Sequence record: OR532817.1
Reading direction: 5' to 3' (one strand)
DNA length: 64,000 nucleotides
In this document: in pieces, positions 37,793 to 47,496 of the stretch
Position numbering within the stretch: position 1 is the first letter of the stretch
Layout of the letters: each line of letters opens with the position of its first letter
The notes under the pieces: model-generated
What the model saw: only the letters and a program-made list of their open reading frames with translations
What the model was told of the DNA's origin: nothing
Databases searched by the model: none
Program-made: the position numbers and the translations under genes

Positions 37793-38240
37793 AGATGACT
37801 TAATAAATGGGGAGGGGGTTAGATGCTCCCTTTTTGTTTCGGGTTGTTCAATGGGTTGTAAAAATTGCTACAATGAAAAAGCATGGGATTATAGAAGCGG
37901 TACTGAATTCGGTACTGAACAAGTTGAACTTATACTAAACGAATTATCTAAATCATATGTATCTGGTTTATCATTACTTGGTGGTGATCCACTTGCTCTT
38001 AAAAATTGCAGTACTGTAATCGAACTATGCAAAGTTGTTAAAGAAAAATACCCAGACAAAACCATTTGGTGTTGGAGTGGTTACACACTTGAAGAAATTA
38101 TAAATAATCATGCAGCCTCTGTATTAGAATATATTGATGTTCTTGTCGATGGTAAATTTGAAGAAGAACTAAAAGACTTATCACTTCCATATAGAGGTTC
38201 TAGCAATCAACGTATTTTATATAAAGGGAAAGATTTCTGA
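37770..38240 (+). CDS. nrdG: anaerobic RNR activating radical-SAM protein
   Basis: NGEGVRCSLFVSGCSMGCKNCYN (CxxxCxxC), LLGGDPL, IWCWSGYT, DVLVDG, YRGSSNQR. Confidence 0.96.
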   Translation: MNYQTIIKDDLINGEGVRCSLFVSGCSMGCKNCYNEKAWDYRSGTEFGTEQVELILNELSKSYVSGLSLLGGDPLALKNCSTVIELCKVVKEKYPDKTIWCWSGYTLEEIINNHAASVLEYIDVLVDGKFEEELKDLSLPYRGSSNQRILYKGKDF

Positions 38241-38401
38241 TGAAATATAGTGATTTGATTACTGAAAAAATTCGTAAACGTGGTGATAAATGGGAAGTGA
38301 CCGATAGTACTGGAAAGAAAGTTCTAGGAACTCATCCGACACGTGAAGAAGCTCTTAAACAACTACGTGCAGTAGAATGGTCTAAGCACGGTGGAAAATA
38401 A
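38240..38401 (+). CDS. small basic protein (53 aa, not in track)
   Basis: MKYSDLITEKIRKRGDKWEVTDSTGKKVLGTHPTREEALKQLRAVEWSKHGGK; coupled to the nrdG stop. Confidence 0.75.
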   Translation: MKYSDLITEKIRKRGDKWEVTDSTGKKVLGTHPTREEALKQLRAVEWSKHGGK

Positions 38402-38402
38402 T

Positions 38403-38427
38403 AAAAGCCTCCAATATGGAGGCTTTT
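38403..38427. terminator. bidirectional terminator between the nrd operon and the RBP cluster
   Basis: AAAAGCCTCCA-ata-TGGAGGCTTTT. Confidence 0.9.
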
Positions 38428-38430
38428 TGT

Positions 38431-40713
38431 TTAACTCGCTCTTCGCCACGTTGAACCATCCCAAATTAATGAACGTCCTTCATTTATTGGAATAGTCATG
38501 TCAGCACCCAATGATAATAAACCAGCATTATTTGATTTTATAAGTATAGGTTGAGTACTATTAGTATGATTATTCATTATAATTAATTGTCCGGGATATG
38601 CACCTTTAGACATTGTTGAAACAACAACACCGGCAATTGATACAGTGAAACGTAAAAATATAACACTATCACCAGAATTTTGTAAATCTATATTATTCGA
38701 ACCTGCCACATTGTATGAATAAACTCTATATCTTAACGGATAAGAAGTGGCTCCTACCCTAATATTTGCAAATGCTTTAGCACCAGTATTTTGTAAACCC
38801 AAAAATGGATTTCCATTCCAGCTATCACAGGTTACATCAAATTCACTTTGTATATCATATTGTGATGCAGATGTTGCTAAATATTGAACTAAATTTGCAC
38901 CAGATATATTTAATTTAATTTTTGCTATAGTATTTGTTACATTATGAGAAACTATTTTATGTGTATTTCCTGTCAAAAATGCAATATCACCATTCAGTAC
39001 TGAAACACTAGCATTATCATTTAAATCAATAACAGATGAACCATTTGTATAAGGTGAATATTGACCTGACAAATATTTTATAGTAACATCGGAGTTAGTT
39101 ATTGAAATAACATTATTATTTTCAGTTATAAAATTAAAATCATCAATGATTATTTTATTTAAATATGAGCTTGAACCAGTAATGCTTAAAGGTAAGCATG
39201 ACATTTTTGACATTACACGTATAGTTCCAACACTCACAATCGATTTGCTTGTTTTCGATGCACCTGAGAAAAATAAGCCAACTTTTGGATTTATTGCTTC
39301 CAAAACATCAATCCTAGCAGAATTAGCACGAATTTGCAATGCAACTCCACCAGCAGTATCACCTCTATAATCATCTAAACAGGTAATTGTTCCGAAATGA
39401 GGTTTATATGCTGGACTATGTGTGTCTATACCACAAGCATTAGCTTGAACAATACAATTCATAACTTTTGGCATCATGCTTCTACCTTTCAAAAACCATG
39501 ATGAATCATCCGCATTACTGGATGGAGTGCTGGTGGTAAATGCATGTCGTGTATATTGTGCATTGATTGAATGCCATTGAGTACCAAAACTAGCTGAATC
39601 ATTGGCAAGATAGCCATATGACAATGATGCTGTATTATTTTTTATTCTGTTACCAATAATGCTTGCTTGAACATCACCAAAATAACAACTTGTCAAACTT
39701 AAAAATGTTGCATTGAGATTTTCCGCATACCATGTTCCACGAATTGATGGCATAATAAAACCTCGAACTGTGATAAATGCTGAATTAATTGTATCATCCC
39801 AAGTTGATGATGCAAACATATCAGTTAAAATTAATTTAGCATTTGATGGTCTACATACTTTGATATTAGTAGTATAATTTTCTATTAACACTCCTGTACT
39901 GTAAATATCATTTCCATCAATTGCACCAACCGTAAACCATTCACCAATAAATTGATTAGATGCGTCACTATCAGATACCAAATCATCACTATATATTTTA
40001 CCTATTTGACCAACTTCAGTAAATGAATGATTTGGAATTGTCATTTTCGTAACTCTAGACGAAGTTGTTGGATTATTTAAATTATATGATACTTCAGAAA
40101 TTGAATCAACTTTATTAATAGTACTATTGATATGTAAATTATTATTAAATGAAAATGGATTAATATTACCTATTTGTGTAATTTTAGCATTTGAAAAATC
40201 AATATTTAATACATCATCTGTATTTAAATCAATTTTAATATTAGAACTTATTTTATATTCAATATCTGAACTAAAAATTAATTTTTTCTTTGATTGTATC
40301 GCATATAAAATTGATTTTTTTATTGCAGTTGTATGATCTGAAATTGGATTTGTATAAAACATTTCAGGAGTGATATAATTAATAGAATCCTGTACAGTAC
40401 CACTTGGTAATATTGAAACATTATTTGCAATAGTATATACATTAAATTTATTCAATGAATAGTTATTAACTGTAGTATTCAATGTTAAAATATCATTATT
40501 AATAGTCCATGAAATAATCTTACCAACTTCTGTACCAGTTAATGTCCAAATAGTTTCAGTACTGCTATCATATAGATATTTTAATCCAGCAATATCTAAA
40601 TTATTTTCTATATATTCTACGTCAGTATGTTTAGTTTCAGTAATAATAGCAATACTTTGTTTGGTTGTTTCTTTTGAAACTGAACCTTTCGGTTGTATTA
40701 AATTATTTGCCAT
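38431..40713 (-). CDS. tailspike / putative capsule depolymerase (short conserved N-terminal anchor)
   Basis: N-terminal MANNLIQPKGSVSKET shared with neighbours; YITPEMF...AIKKSI; beta-helix-like core (GIDTH). Confidence 0.85.
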   Translation of the reverse strand: MANNLIQPKGSVSKETTKQSIAIITETKHTDVEYIENNLDIAGLKYLYDSSTETIWTLTGTEVGKIISWTINNDILTLNTTVNNYSLNKFNVYTIANNVSILPSGTVQDSINYITPEMFYTNPISDHTTAIKKSILYAIQSKKKLIFSSDIEYKISSNIKIDLNTDDVLNIDFSNAKITQIGNINPFSFNNNLHINSTINKVDSISEVSYNLNNPTTSSRVTKMTIPNHSFTEVGQIGKIYSDDLVSDSDASNQFIGEWFTVGAIDGNDIYSTGVLIENYTTNIKVCRPSNAKLILTDMFASSTWDDTINSAFITVRGFIMPSIRGTWYAENLNATFLSLTSCYFGDVQASIIGNRIKNNTASLSYGYLANDSASFGTQWHSINAQYTRHAFTTSTPSSNADDSSWFLKGRSMMPKVMNCIVQANACGIDTHSPAYKPHFGTITCLDDYRGDTAGGVALQIRANSARIDVLEAINPKVGLFFSGASKTSKSIVSVGTIRVMSKMSCLPLSITGSSSYLNKIIIDDFNFITENNNVISITNSDVTIKYLSGQYSPYTNGSSVIDLNDNASVSVLNGDIAFLTGNTHKIVSHNVTNTIAKIKLNISGANLVQYLATSASQYDIQSEFDVTCDSWNGNPFLGLQNTGAKAFANIRVGATSYPLRYRVYSYNVAGSNNIDLQNSGDSVIFLRFTVSIAGVVVSTMSKGAYPGQLIIMNNHTNSTQPILIKSNNAGLLSLGADMTIPINEGRSLIWDGSTWRRAS

Positions 40714-40742
40714 ATTATCCTCATTTAATTATAATATAATGA

Positions 40743-40780
40743 TATTTATATAAAAAATCCTCCACGTAGGAGGATTTTTT
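40743..40780 (-). promoter_or_regulatory. terminator plus T4-type late promoter cassette
   Basis: hairpin ATCCTCC/GGAGGAT (40752-40780); TATAAATA on the minus strand (40743-40750). Confidence 0.75.
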
Positions 40781-40781
40781 A

Positions 40782-43028
40782 TTATGATGATACATATATA
40801 ACTTTATTCCATGCATTCCACGATAACGTATTGGTATTCCATGTTCTAATATATCTCACAAGTCCAGACACTGAGATAAACTCCTGATATGCGGTTGCAC
40901 GATCACCTCTTGCGGCTCCAGTATACGTATTCACAATTCCACCAGTTTCGGGCCAACCACTACCACCAATAATAGAAGTTGTTATTTTTATTCTAGGTGT
41001 ATAGCTTGTTGGTACTGAATTGGCTGTTATATAATTATCTGCATCATCATATGAACTATTAATTATACTCCATTTTGGAGAACTACCACCTGTAGTACAC
41101 ACCCAACCCTGACATTCTCCAATTGGTGAATTTGTTGTTTTAATTACAGTTCCGATTTTCCAATCAGTAACTTTGTTATATGCTGGAAAATTGGTTGAAT
41201 TTGGTCTACCGAAATATGTAGTATCCCATACTGTACAAAAATCATCAAATACCCAACCACCCAATAGAGAATCTCGACGAACCGAACCCAAATATCGATC
41301 TTTAAAATAACAACCGAGTGCTGGATTAACTGATACAAAATTATCATTACCGTTAACTATTAAATCATTACCGAATAATGTTACACGATTTGTAAATCCA
41401 GATGTGTACAATACATTACCAATCCATGATAAATTGTCAGATGAACGTCTGGTTGTAATATTATTACCTTTTATTGATGTAACGGTTGTTGCACCAAGAG
41501 ATACCCTAATAGCAGGTCTAGCATTATTAATTGTATCAGTTTCACTTCCTTTATTGGCTAAAATTACATTAGAAACTTCAACTCTAGGTATAGTTGATTG
41601 CCCAGTTAATGTAATCGCCGAGCACGTGTCTGTATTATCAACAAAGTTAACTATTACATTGGAAATAATTAAAGATTCAACATTAACGTGACCAACCATA
41701 ATACCAGTTCTGATTTTACCACTTGTATTAACTATAACACCATCTATTAAAATGTTTTTATAATTAATACCACGATTAGTCAATGTCATAGATTGTTGAT
41801 GTGTACCAATAAGAACAGGGCATGTTTCATATTGATCTGTAGATTTACCTTCAACATAACAACAAATATTTTTTATTATAATATTGTCTATATTACCAAT
41901 TAATGTTAAATCATCACCAGATGATGGGGAAACTCTACATCTCACACCACCATCCTGGCATTCACCTTTGACGTTTTGGATATCAAGTGTTCTTAGTGAT
42001 ACATTATTCCAACAACCAGCAGTGACAGCGTGCCATGTGTAAATTAAATTATTAGATTCATCGTATTTAGATTCAGCAATTATATTTCTAATTGTAATTG
42101 TATCAACTTGTAATTTATCTAAATTTGTTTCTCCTGGTATCCAAGTTGCACCAGGAAAAACACCAATAAGATCATCTGAACTATAACCCTGAACATTATC
42201 AATGTAAATATGTTTGCTGCAACCAGTAATACCATCACCGCGTGCACCACCTGATGGAAAATTACTACTTATATGAGAATTTATTTTTATATTGTTTGCA
42301 TAAAAATAGTTATTACCAGCATGATTTATGTGATGCCCCATACAATCATGTAGATACATATTTTGTAAACTTACCCTGTTCCACCTAGAAACAACAAATC
42401 CATGAGAAACATCATCGATGTGATTATTAACAACAACTTCACCACCCTGACCTTCCCAATTTCCGTCAATTTCACCACCAAACCAACTAAAATTATGATT
42501 GTAATCACCATAAAAGTGGAACATATGCTTTCTAACATTATTTCCTAATTTAAAAATAACACCATCATCACAAACAACTTCAACGTCTTTATTAAAGACT
42601 ATTTCAATTAGGTCAGTAATCAGGTACGTTCCCGGATAAATTCTAAATTTAACATAATTTGAATTGAACATCGCTTTCAATGAACTATTAGCTGATGTAT
42701 TTCCATCATTTGGAACAGAAAACATAAACGTACTTGCATATATTTCATCAGGTATTATATATTTTCTTAATGTGTAAGTACCATTTGATGTTAGTAGTTG
42801 AATAACATCATCTTGAATAACCCACGAATCCACTGTACCAGTTTCATCACCATTTAGTTTCCAAACAGTTTCAGTACTGGAATCATATAGATATTTTATA
42901 CCAGTAACATCCAAATTATCTTCTAAATATTTTACTTCTGAAATCTTAACTCCAGTAATTCGAGCTATACTTTGTATATTAGTTTCTTTTGAAACTGAAC
43001 CTTTTGGTTGGATTAATTCATTCGCCAT
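40782..43028 (-). CDS. tailspike / putative pectate-lyase-like depolymerase
   Basis: MANELIQPKG anchor; VPNDG...PGTYLI; RGDGITG...SSDDLIG beta-helix; C-terminal lectin-like region. Confidence 0.88.
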   Translation of the reverse strand: MANELIQPKGSVSKETNIQSIARITGVKISEVKYLEDNLDVTGIKYLYDSSTETVWKLNGDETGTVDSWVIQDDVIQLLTSNGTYTLRKYIIPDEIYASTFMFSVPNDGNTSANSSLKAMFNSNYVKFRIYPGTYLITDLIEIVFNKDVEVVCDDGVIFKLGNNVRKHMFHFYGDYNHNFSWFGGEIDGNWEGQGGEVVVNNHIDDVSHGFVVSRWNRVSLQNMYLHDCMGHHINHAGNNYFYANNIKINSHISSNFPSGGARGDGITGCSKHIYIDNVQGYSSDDLIGVFPGATWIPGETNLDKLQVDTITIRNIIAESKYDESNNLIYTWHAVTAGCWNNVSLRTLDIQNVKGECQDGGVRCRVSPSSGDDLTLIGNIDNIIIKNICCYVEGKSTDQYETCPVLIGTHQQSMTLTNRGINYKNILIDGVIVNTSGKIRTGIMVGHVNVESLIISNVIVNFVDNTDTCSAITLTGQSTIPRVEVSNVILANKGSETDTINNARPAIRVSLGATTVTSIKGNNITTRRSSDNLSWIGNVLYTSGFTNRVTLFGNDLIVNGNDNFVSVNPALGCYFKDRYLGSVRRDSLLGGWVFDDFCTVWDTTYFGRPNSTNFPAYNKVTDWKIGTVIKTTNSPIGECQGWVCTTGGSSPKWSIINSSYDDADNYITANSVPTSYTPRIKITTSIIGGSGWPETGGIVNTYTGAARGDRATAYQEFISVSGLVRYIRTWNTNTLSWNAWNKVIYVSS

Positions 43029-43064
43029 ATTTATTCCTTAATAAATTGTAAACCTTACTTTTAT

Positions 43065-45011
43065 TTAATCTACAGCCTCTATTTCAATGGATACAGGATA
43101 CTCGTCATTAACAACGTTAGGATGCGTACCATCAAGGTGAATATCAAATCCTAACGTTTTATCTATGCTGTAGGTGTTGTCGACAAGACCTCCAGCGTTA
43201 GTTATGTAGAAAGGCCCATAACTCTTGTTCGTGTTTGTAGTTGTTGAAGTAGATGTGCTAGTTGCAGTTGATCCGCTAATAGTTGTCACAGTGTTTGTTG
43301 TTGTTGTTGCCGCAGGCACGGAGTCTGTGCGAGTTGTAATACCTCCATTGTTTGGTGATGGGACGTTTACAATATACTGTTGTTGTGCAGTAGAGGATAA
43401 ATTACAACGTAATGTTACTTTATACCTATGATATGGAAGTAGACCCCTCACGTTAACTGTCGAGTGCTGCCCTTTGAACAGGGTTCCGGTGAGCTTGCAC
43501 TTCATCCCTGGAGTGCTAACTATTGATTCCCCCGGGTATTCAGGATGTGCTGTTCCTCTTCCGTTTGTAATATCTGCAATCGCCAACCAGGGTATAATTG
43601 TAAGTTCTGTGGTTCCTAATGTTAAACCAAGCCCTGCGATATTTTTATAGTTTTCACACTTCAGATTAACATATCCACTGGTGCCAGATTTTCGGATCAA
43701 TCGGCATGGCTGAGTACTAGAAGTAATCGTGCTTGCTGCGAATCCGTCATACCTGAACACCACACGACCATCAACTTTCGCTTTATCCAAGGCCAATATC
43801 GCAGTGCTATCCCCGCCGCCTTCCCACCAGCCTGACATGTCAATGTCACAGTTATATAGGTTATCAGCTCTGGTTCCATCACCAACTTTAATACCTTGTG
43901 AAGCCCCAGCTATCCCATGCTGGAAAGCATAATTATTGATTTTGGCTCCAAAGAATGAAAGTGTTTGATTATCAGTTGATGCCGGGTTTGAGTGGAACCA
44001 AATACCAACTTGACTTGTTCTTACAATAACGTTATCAATAATAATAGCTTCTGTCCAACCTATATTATTATAAACATCTATAGCTCTTCCTGTTGTATAA
44101 TCTCTAATGAAACTATTCTTAACCTCTGCACCATAAAAATCTGAAAATCTTACAAAGGCTTGCCCACTACTACTACCTACAACTGTAAAGTTTTTTAAGC
44201 ATACACGGTTAAATAGGCTTTGTGCTTGAGAGTTACGCTTAAAAGTAAGAGCAATATTATTTCCAGTATGAGTTATTACTGGGCTTACACCTTTAGTAGC
44301 CATGCCTGGTCCATAGATAGTTAATTCATTAGTGCTGTTCACGAACTCTAAACCACCATTAATTGTATAACCTGATGCTCCTAGTGAAGGTATTTCTAAC
44401 CTACGGATAGATTTTGAAATACAATAATTAATTGCATTAAGTAATATTTGATCAATTGTAGCTCCATCATATAATCCAAATTCTGTGGCACAAACTTGTC
44501 CAGGGTTGATAGGAATTCTTTGCCAAAAAAGAGACGTACTACCAGTTGGTACACATGTATAACCACCATCATCCACTGCTGTACCAAGTACTGCAACAAA
44601 CTCCCCACCACCTGTTGTACCACCTTCATAATAAGAAGAAAGAAGTATTTTTTGTCCAACCTTTCTTGGTGTAATTAGTTTTAGGCTTTCATAAGAACTA
44701 ACCTGACCAATTAAATCGAATCCGGTTTTAGAACCTAGCGTTGCTATTTGTAAACTAAATGTACCAGAACTTGTTATCAGTTCAAGTACTTCATTGTTTA
44801 TACTCCATGATATAGGAGTACCAGTGGCAGTACCAACATTCCAACATGTAGTTGTTTTTGAATCATATAATACCAGTGTAGTACTGGCGATTTCATGTTT
44901 ATTAGACAAATATTGAATATTTTCTGGAGAAATTCCATATATTAATGAAATACTAGTTTTTGATGTATGAATCGCAGACGATCCTTTTGCTTGTGTTAAA
45001 TCAGTTGACAT
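43065..45011 (-). CDS. tailspike / putative depolymerase
   Basis: start at 45011 (GGAG RBS); degenerate anchor; GGGEFVAV...DDGG module; beta-helix core. Confidence 0.85.
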   Translation of the reverse strand: MSTDLTQAKGSSAIHTSKTSISLIYGISPENIQYLSNKHEIASTTLVLYDSKTTTCWNVGTATGTPISWSINNEVLELITSSGTFSLQIATLGSKTGFDLIGQVSSYESLKLITPRKVGQKILLSSYYEGGTTGGGEFVAVLGTAVDDGGYTCVPTGSTSLFWQRIPINPGQVCATEFGLYDGATIDQILLNAINYCISKSIRRLEIPSLGASGYTINGGLEFVNSTNELTIYGPGMATKGVSPVITHTGNNIALTFKRNSQAQSLFNRVCLKNFTVVGSSSGQAFVRFSDFYGAEVKNSFIRDYTTGRAIDVYNNIGWTEAIIIDNVIVRTSQVGIWFHSNPASTDNQTLSFFGAKINNYAFQHGIAGASQGIKVGDGTRADNLYNCDIDMSGWWEGGGDSTAILALDKAKVDGRVVFRYDGFAASTITSSTQPCRLIRKSGTSGYVNLKCENYKNIAGLGLTLGTTELTIIPWLAIADITNGRGTAHPEYPGESIVSTPGMKCKLTGTLFKGQHSTVNVRGLLPYHRYKVTLRCNLSSTAQQQYIVNVPSPNNGGITTRTDSVPAATTTTNTVTTISGSTATSTSTSTTTNTNKSYGPFYITNAGGLVDNTYSIDKTLGFDIHLDGTHPNVVNDEYPVSIEIEAVD

Positions 45012-45039
45012 TATAATTCTCCAAATATAATTATAATAA

Positions 45040-45078
45040 TATTTATAAAAGAAAAAGCCCCTCATCATGGGGCTTTTT
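45040..45078 (-). promoter_or_regulatory. terminator plus late promoter cassette
   Basis: AAAAAGCCCC/GGGGCTTTTT hairpin (45052-45078); TATAAATA minus strand (45040-45047). Confidence 0.8.
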
Positions 45079-45082
45079 ATTA

Positions 45083-47431
45083 TTATGAAACATATTTAGA
45101 TAATAATTCTTTTAATTTTTTTATTTCTCTTCTTTGATATGCTGATTCCACAGCTAAACATTCTTCCATTCTTAACATATAGATTTCACCATCTTCTGTT
45201 GCAGGAGAAATTTCATTTCCATCATTGTCGTATACAGCTTCACTTGAATCCCATGATTCATAAGTAATTAAACCATATTGTGTCCAGTCGAGACCAGCAT
45301 TGGTTAGTGCTTCTTTGACTTCCTGTGCAATATAACCAACATGCCATCTTGCTGAATCTTCCCCTTTCAATTCTACTGCTGATTTCATTTTCCATATTTT
45401 AAAATTAACAGTACCCCATGCATCTAGTAATTCGTCTGGTATATCACCTATATTAGTTTTATAATTTTCATCAGAAACAACAGTAACAGCGTTTTGACTA
45501 TATATATTATTAAATGTGTTTGATGATGCACCTAAATTATAAGTTGCTGTTGTGTTTGGACGAACCGTAGCTTGTACAACAACATAATTTGTTGAACCAG
45601 GTGGATTTAAAATCAAATTACCATTGGTATTCAACGTCATAGAACCGTCGGTATTTCCAACTATAGAACTGGTTAGTGTTGTATCAGCCCCAGAGTAGAA
45701 ATTAATCCTTTTATTAGCTGCTGTTGTGGTTCTATATCCAACACTAAGTGCTGTGTCTGAATGTATAGTCGAATTGGCATATAATTCACCGGAAGTACTG
45801 AATTTTAACAAAGATGAAGATATATTATAATTGGAATCAACATTACTGTAATATAAATTCAGTGAAGAACTATCATTTGAATCAACATCTAGTACATATT
45901 TTCTAGTTACGACTGAAGAATCAGAAAAAATAATACCAGTACTAAATCTACGGTTGAAATTATTTAAAGAACAATTATATAATATAAATGAATTTTTACC
46001 CTGTGATGTATTGCTATAATCAAATACCGGTAATAACGAACCACTTCCACTGACATTAGAAAAAGCGGATGAAAAATAGCAACCATCAAAAATTCTACCG
46101 GTTGCGGATGAATTACCAAAAACAATCATAGATTTATGTACAGATGAATCATATGCAACAGATGATTGTTTAAGTGTTTGAAAAGTACAATTGGTAAATT
46201 TAATTTGATTGCTATTAATATAAGCTAAATTATATGTTCCAGCAGTAATAGTTGGATTATTTGGACCATTATCTGTAAAAACTACAGTATCAAAATGAAT
46301 TCCAGTGCATCCAGATATATTAAGCCATTGTGCACCATAACAATGTGGTTCAATATGTCCACCAGAGAATAATATATTATGGTCTGGTTGTCCTGATGCT
46401 ACATTTGTATCAAATTTCAATGCACAATAATTTTTAGTATATGATGTTTCAATATGCGGTCTTATAAAAACAATATTATTACTATTATCCGAAATATTAC
46501 TTAATACATGTATACCAGTTGCTGGATTATTAGTATCAGAATCATCAACTGCTTTAAAACCCACCATGAATATTTCTTCAAAAATTGCATCATAACATTG
46601 TCCAAATGTAATAGCTTTAGTTGGACTGTAAAATTTTATATTTTTAAAATACCCATTAACAGCGGTTGAATTGGCATTATTTTCAGAACCCATTTTTAAA
46701 TAATACGGTCTAATTGAACCAGTTTCAGCAACAAAAGAAATACCTTCGATTTCCGCTCTCAACCCGATTAATTCAAATGAATATTGAGTACTAAAATTAA
46801 CAGATATATACGCACCATTCGATTTAATTTTAACTTTTGGTTCACCTGTTGTTAAAATATGAGACGAATAATCCAACACAATAGGAGAATCAATTCTATA
46901 TTTTCCCGGTGGTATTTCCAACACACCACTACAATACATGGAATCAGAAGATGTGAATGTTTCTTGTTTCACACAATACTCAATCGCAGCTTGAATTGCT
47001 GGTTGCCAATCCCATGTTCTATAGTCATTAATATCATCTTTTGTTACTACATAATCAGAAAATTCCCATAAATTAACATTTTTTGTATTCAAACTGGTAT
47101 CAATCGAATTCTTATTGAATTTTAATTTGTCATTTAATTTAGATCTATTAAAATTTATGATATCAATTTTATCAAGGGTATATGTTCCAGATGATGTGGT
47201 AATATTCAATTTATTATCAACCACATACCAAGTTAGTGGAATTCCAGATGCAGAAAATCTATACCAATATGTTTCAGTTTTAGCATCATATAAAATAGAA
47301 AATTGTGAAATATCATTTACTGTATCAATATAACCAACATCTGTTTTTTTACTACCAGTAATTCTAGCTATAGATTCCTTATTAGTCTCTTTCGTAACTG
47401 AACCTTTCGGTTGTGTTAATTTATTTGTCAT
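45083..47431 (-). CDS. tailspike / putative depolymerase with a C-terminal peptidase S74 intramolecular chaperone
   Basis: start at 47431; MTNKLTQPKG anchor; VSDENYKTNI...RWHVGYIAQEV...YMLRMEECL. Confidence 0.9.
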   Translation of the reverse strand: MTNKLTQPKGSVTKETNKESIARITGSKKTDVGYIDTVNDISQFSILYDAKTETYWYRFSASGIPLTWYVVDNKLNITTSSGTYTLDKIDIINFNRSKLNDKLKFNKNSIDTSLNTKNVNLWEFSDYVVTKDDINDYRTWDWQPAIQAAIEYCVKQETFTSSDSMYCSGVLEIPPGKYRIDSPIVLDYSSHILTTGEPKVKIKSNGAYISVNFSTQYSFELIGLRAEIEGISFVAETGSIRPYYLKMGSENNANSTAVNGYFKNIKFYSPTKAITFGQCYDAIFEEIFMVGFKAVDDSDTNNPATGIHVLSNISDNSNNIVFIRPHIETSYTKNYCALKFDTNVASGQPDHNILFSGGHIEPHCYGAQWLNISGCTGIHFDTVVFTDNGPNNPTITAGTYNLAYINSNQIKFTNCTFQTLKQSSVAYDSSVHKSMIVFGNSSATGRIFDGCYFSSAFSNVSGSGSLLPVFDYSNTSQGKNSFILYNCSLNNFNRRFSTGIIFSDSSVVTRKYVLDVDSNDSSSLNLYYSNVDSNYNISSSLLKFSTSGELYANSTIHSDTALSVGYRTTTAANKRINFYSGADTTLTSSIVGNTDGSMTLNTNGNLILNPPGSTNYVVVQATVRPNTTATYNLGASSNTFNNIYSQNAVTVVSDENYKTNIGDIPDELLDAWGTVNFKIWKMKSAVELKGEDSARWHVGYIAQEVKEALTNAGLDWTQYGLITYESWDSSEAVYDNDGNEISPATEDGEIYMLRMEECLAVESAYQRREIKKLKELLSKYVS

Positions 47432-47459
47432 TATAATTCTCCAAATATAATTATAATAA

Positions 47460-47495
47460 TATTTATAAATAAAAAGCCCCAATTTGGGGCTTTTT
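47460..47495 (-). promoter_or_regulatory. terminator plus late promoter cassette
   Basis: AAAAAGCCCC-aattt-GGGGCTTTTT (47471-47495); TATAAATA minus strand (47460-47467). Confidence 0.8.
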
Positions 47496-47496
47496 A

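Noticed and set aside
45011-47482. Track N-terminal extensions (MMRGFFFYKYYYNYIWRII, MGLFIYKYYYNYIWRII) as a shared peptide
   Set aside because: They are translations of the repeated promoter/RBS block, not protein; true starts are at 45011 and 47431. Similar over-extended starts occur at 13452, 23346, 37045 and 53829.
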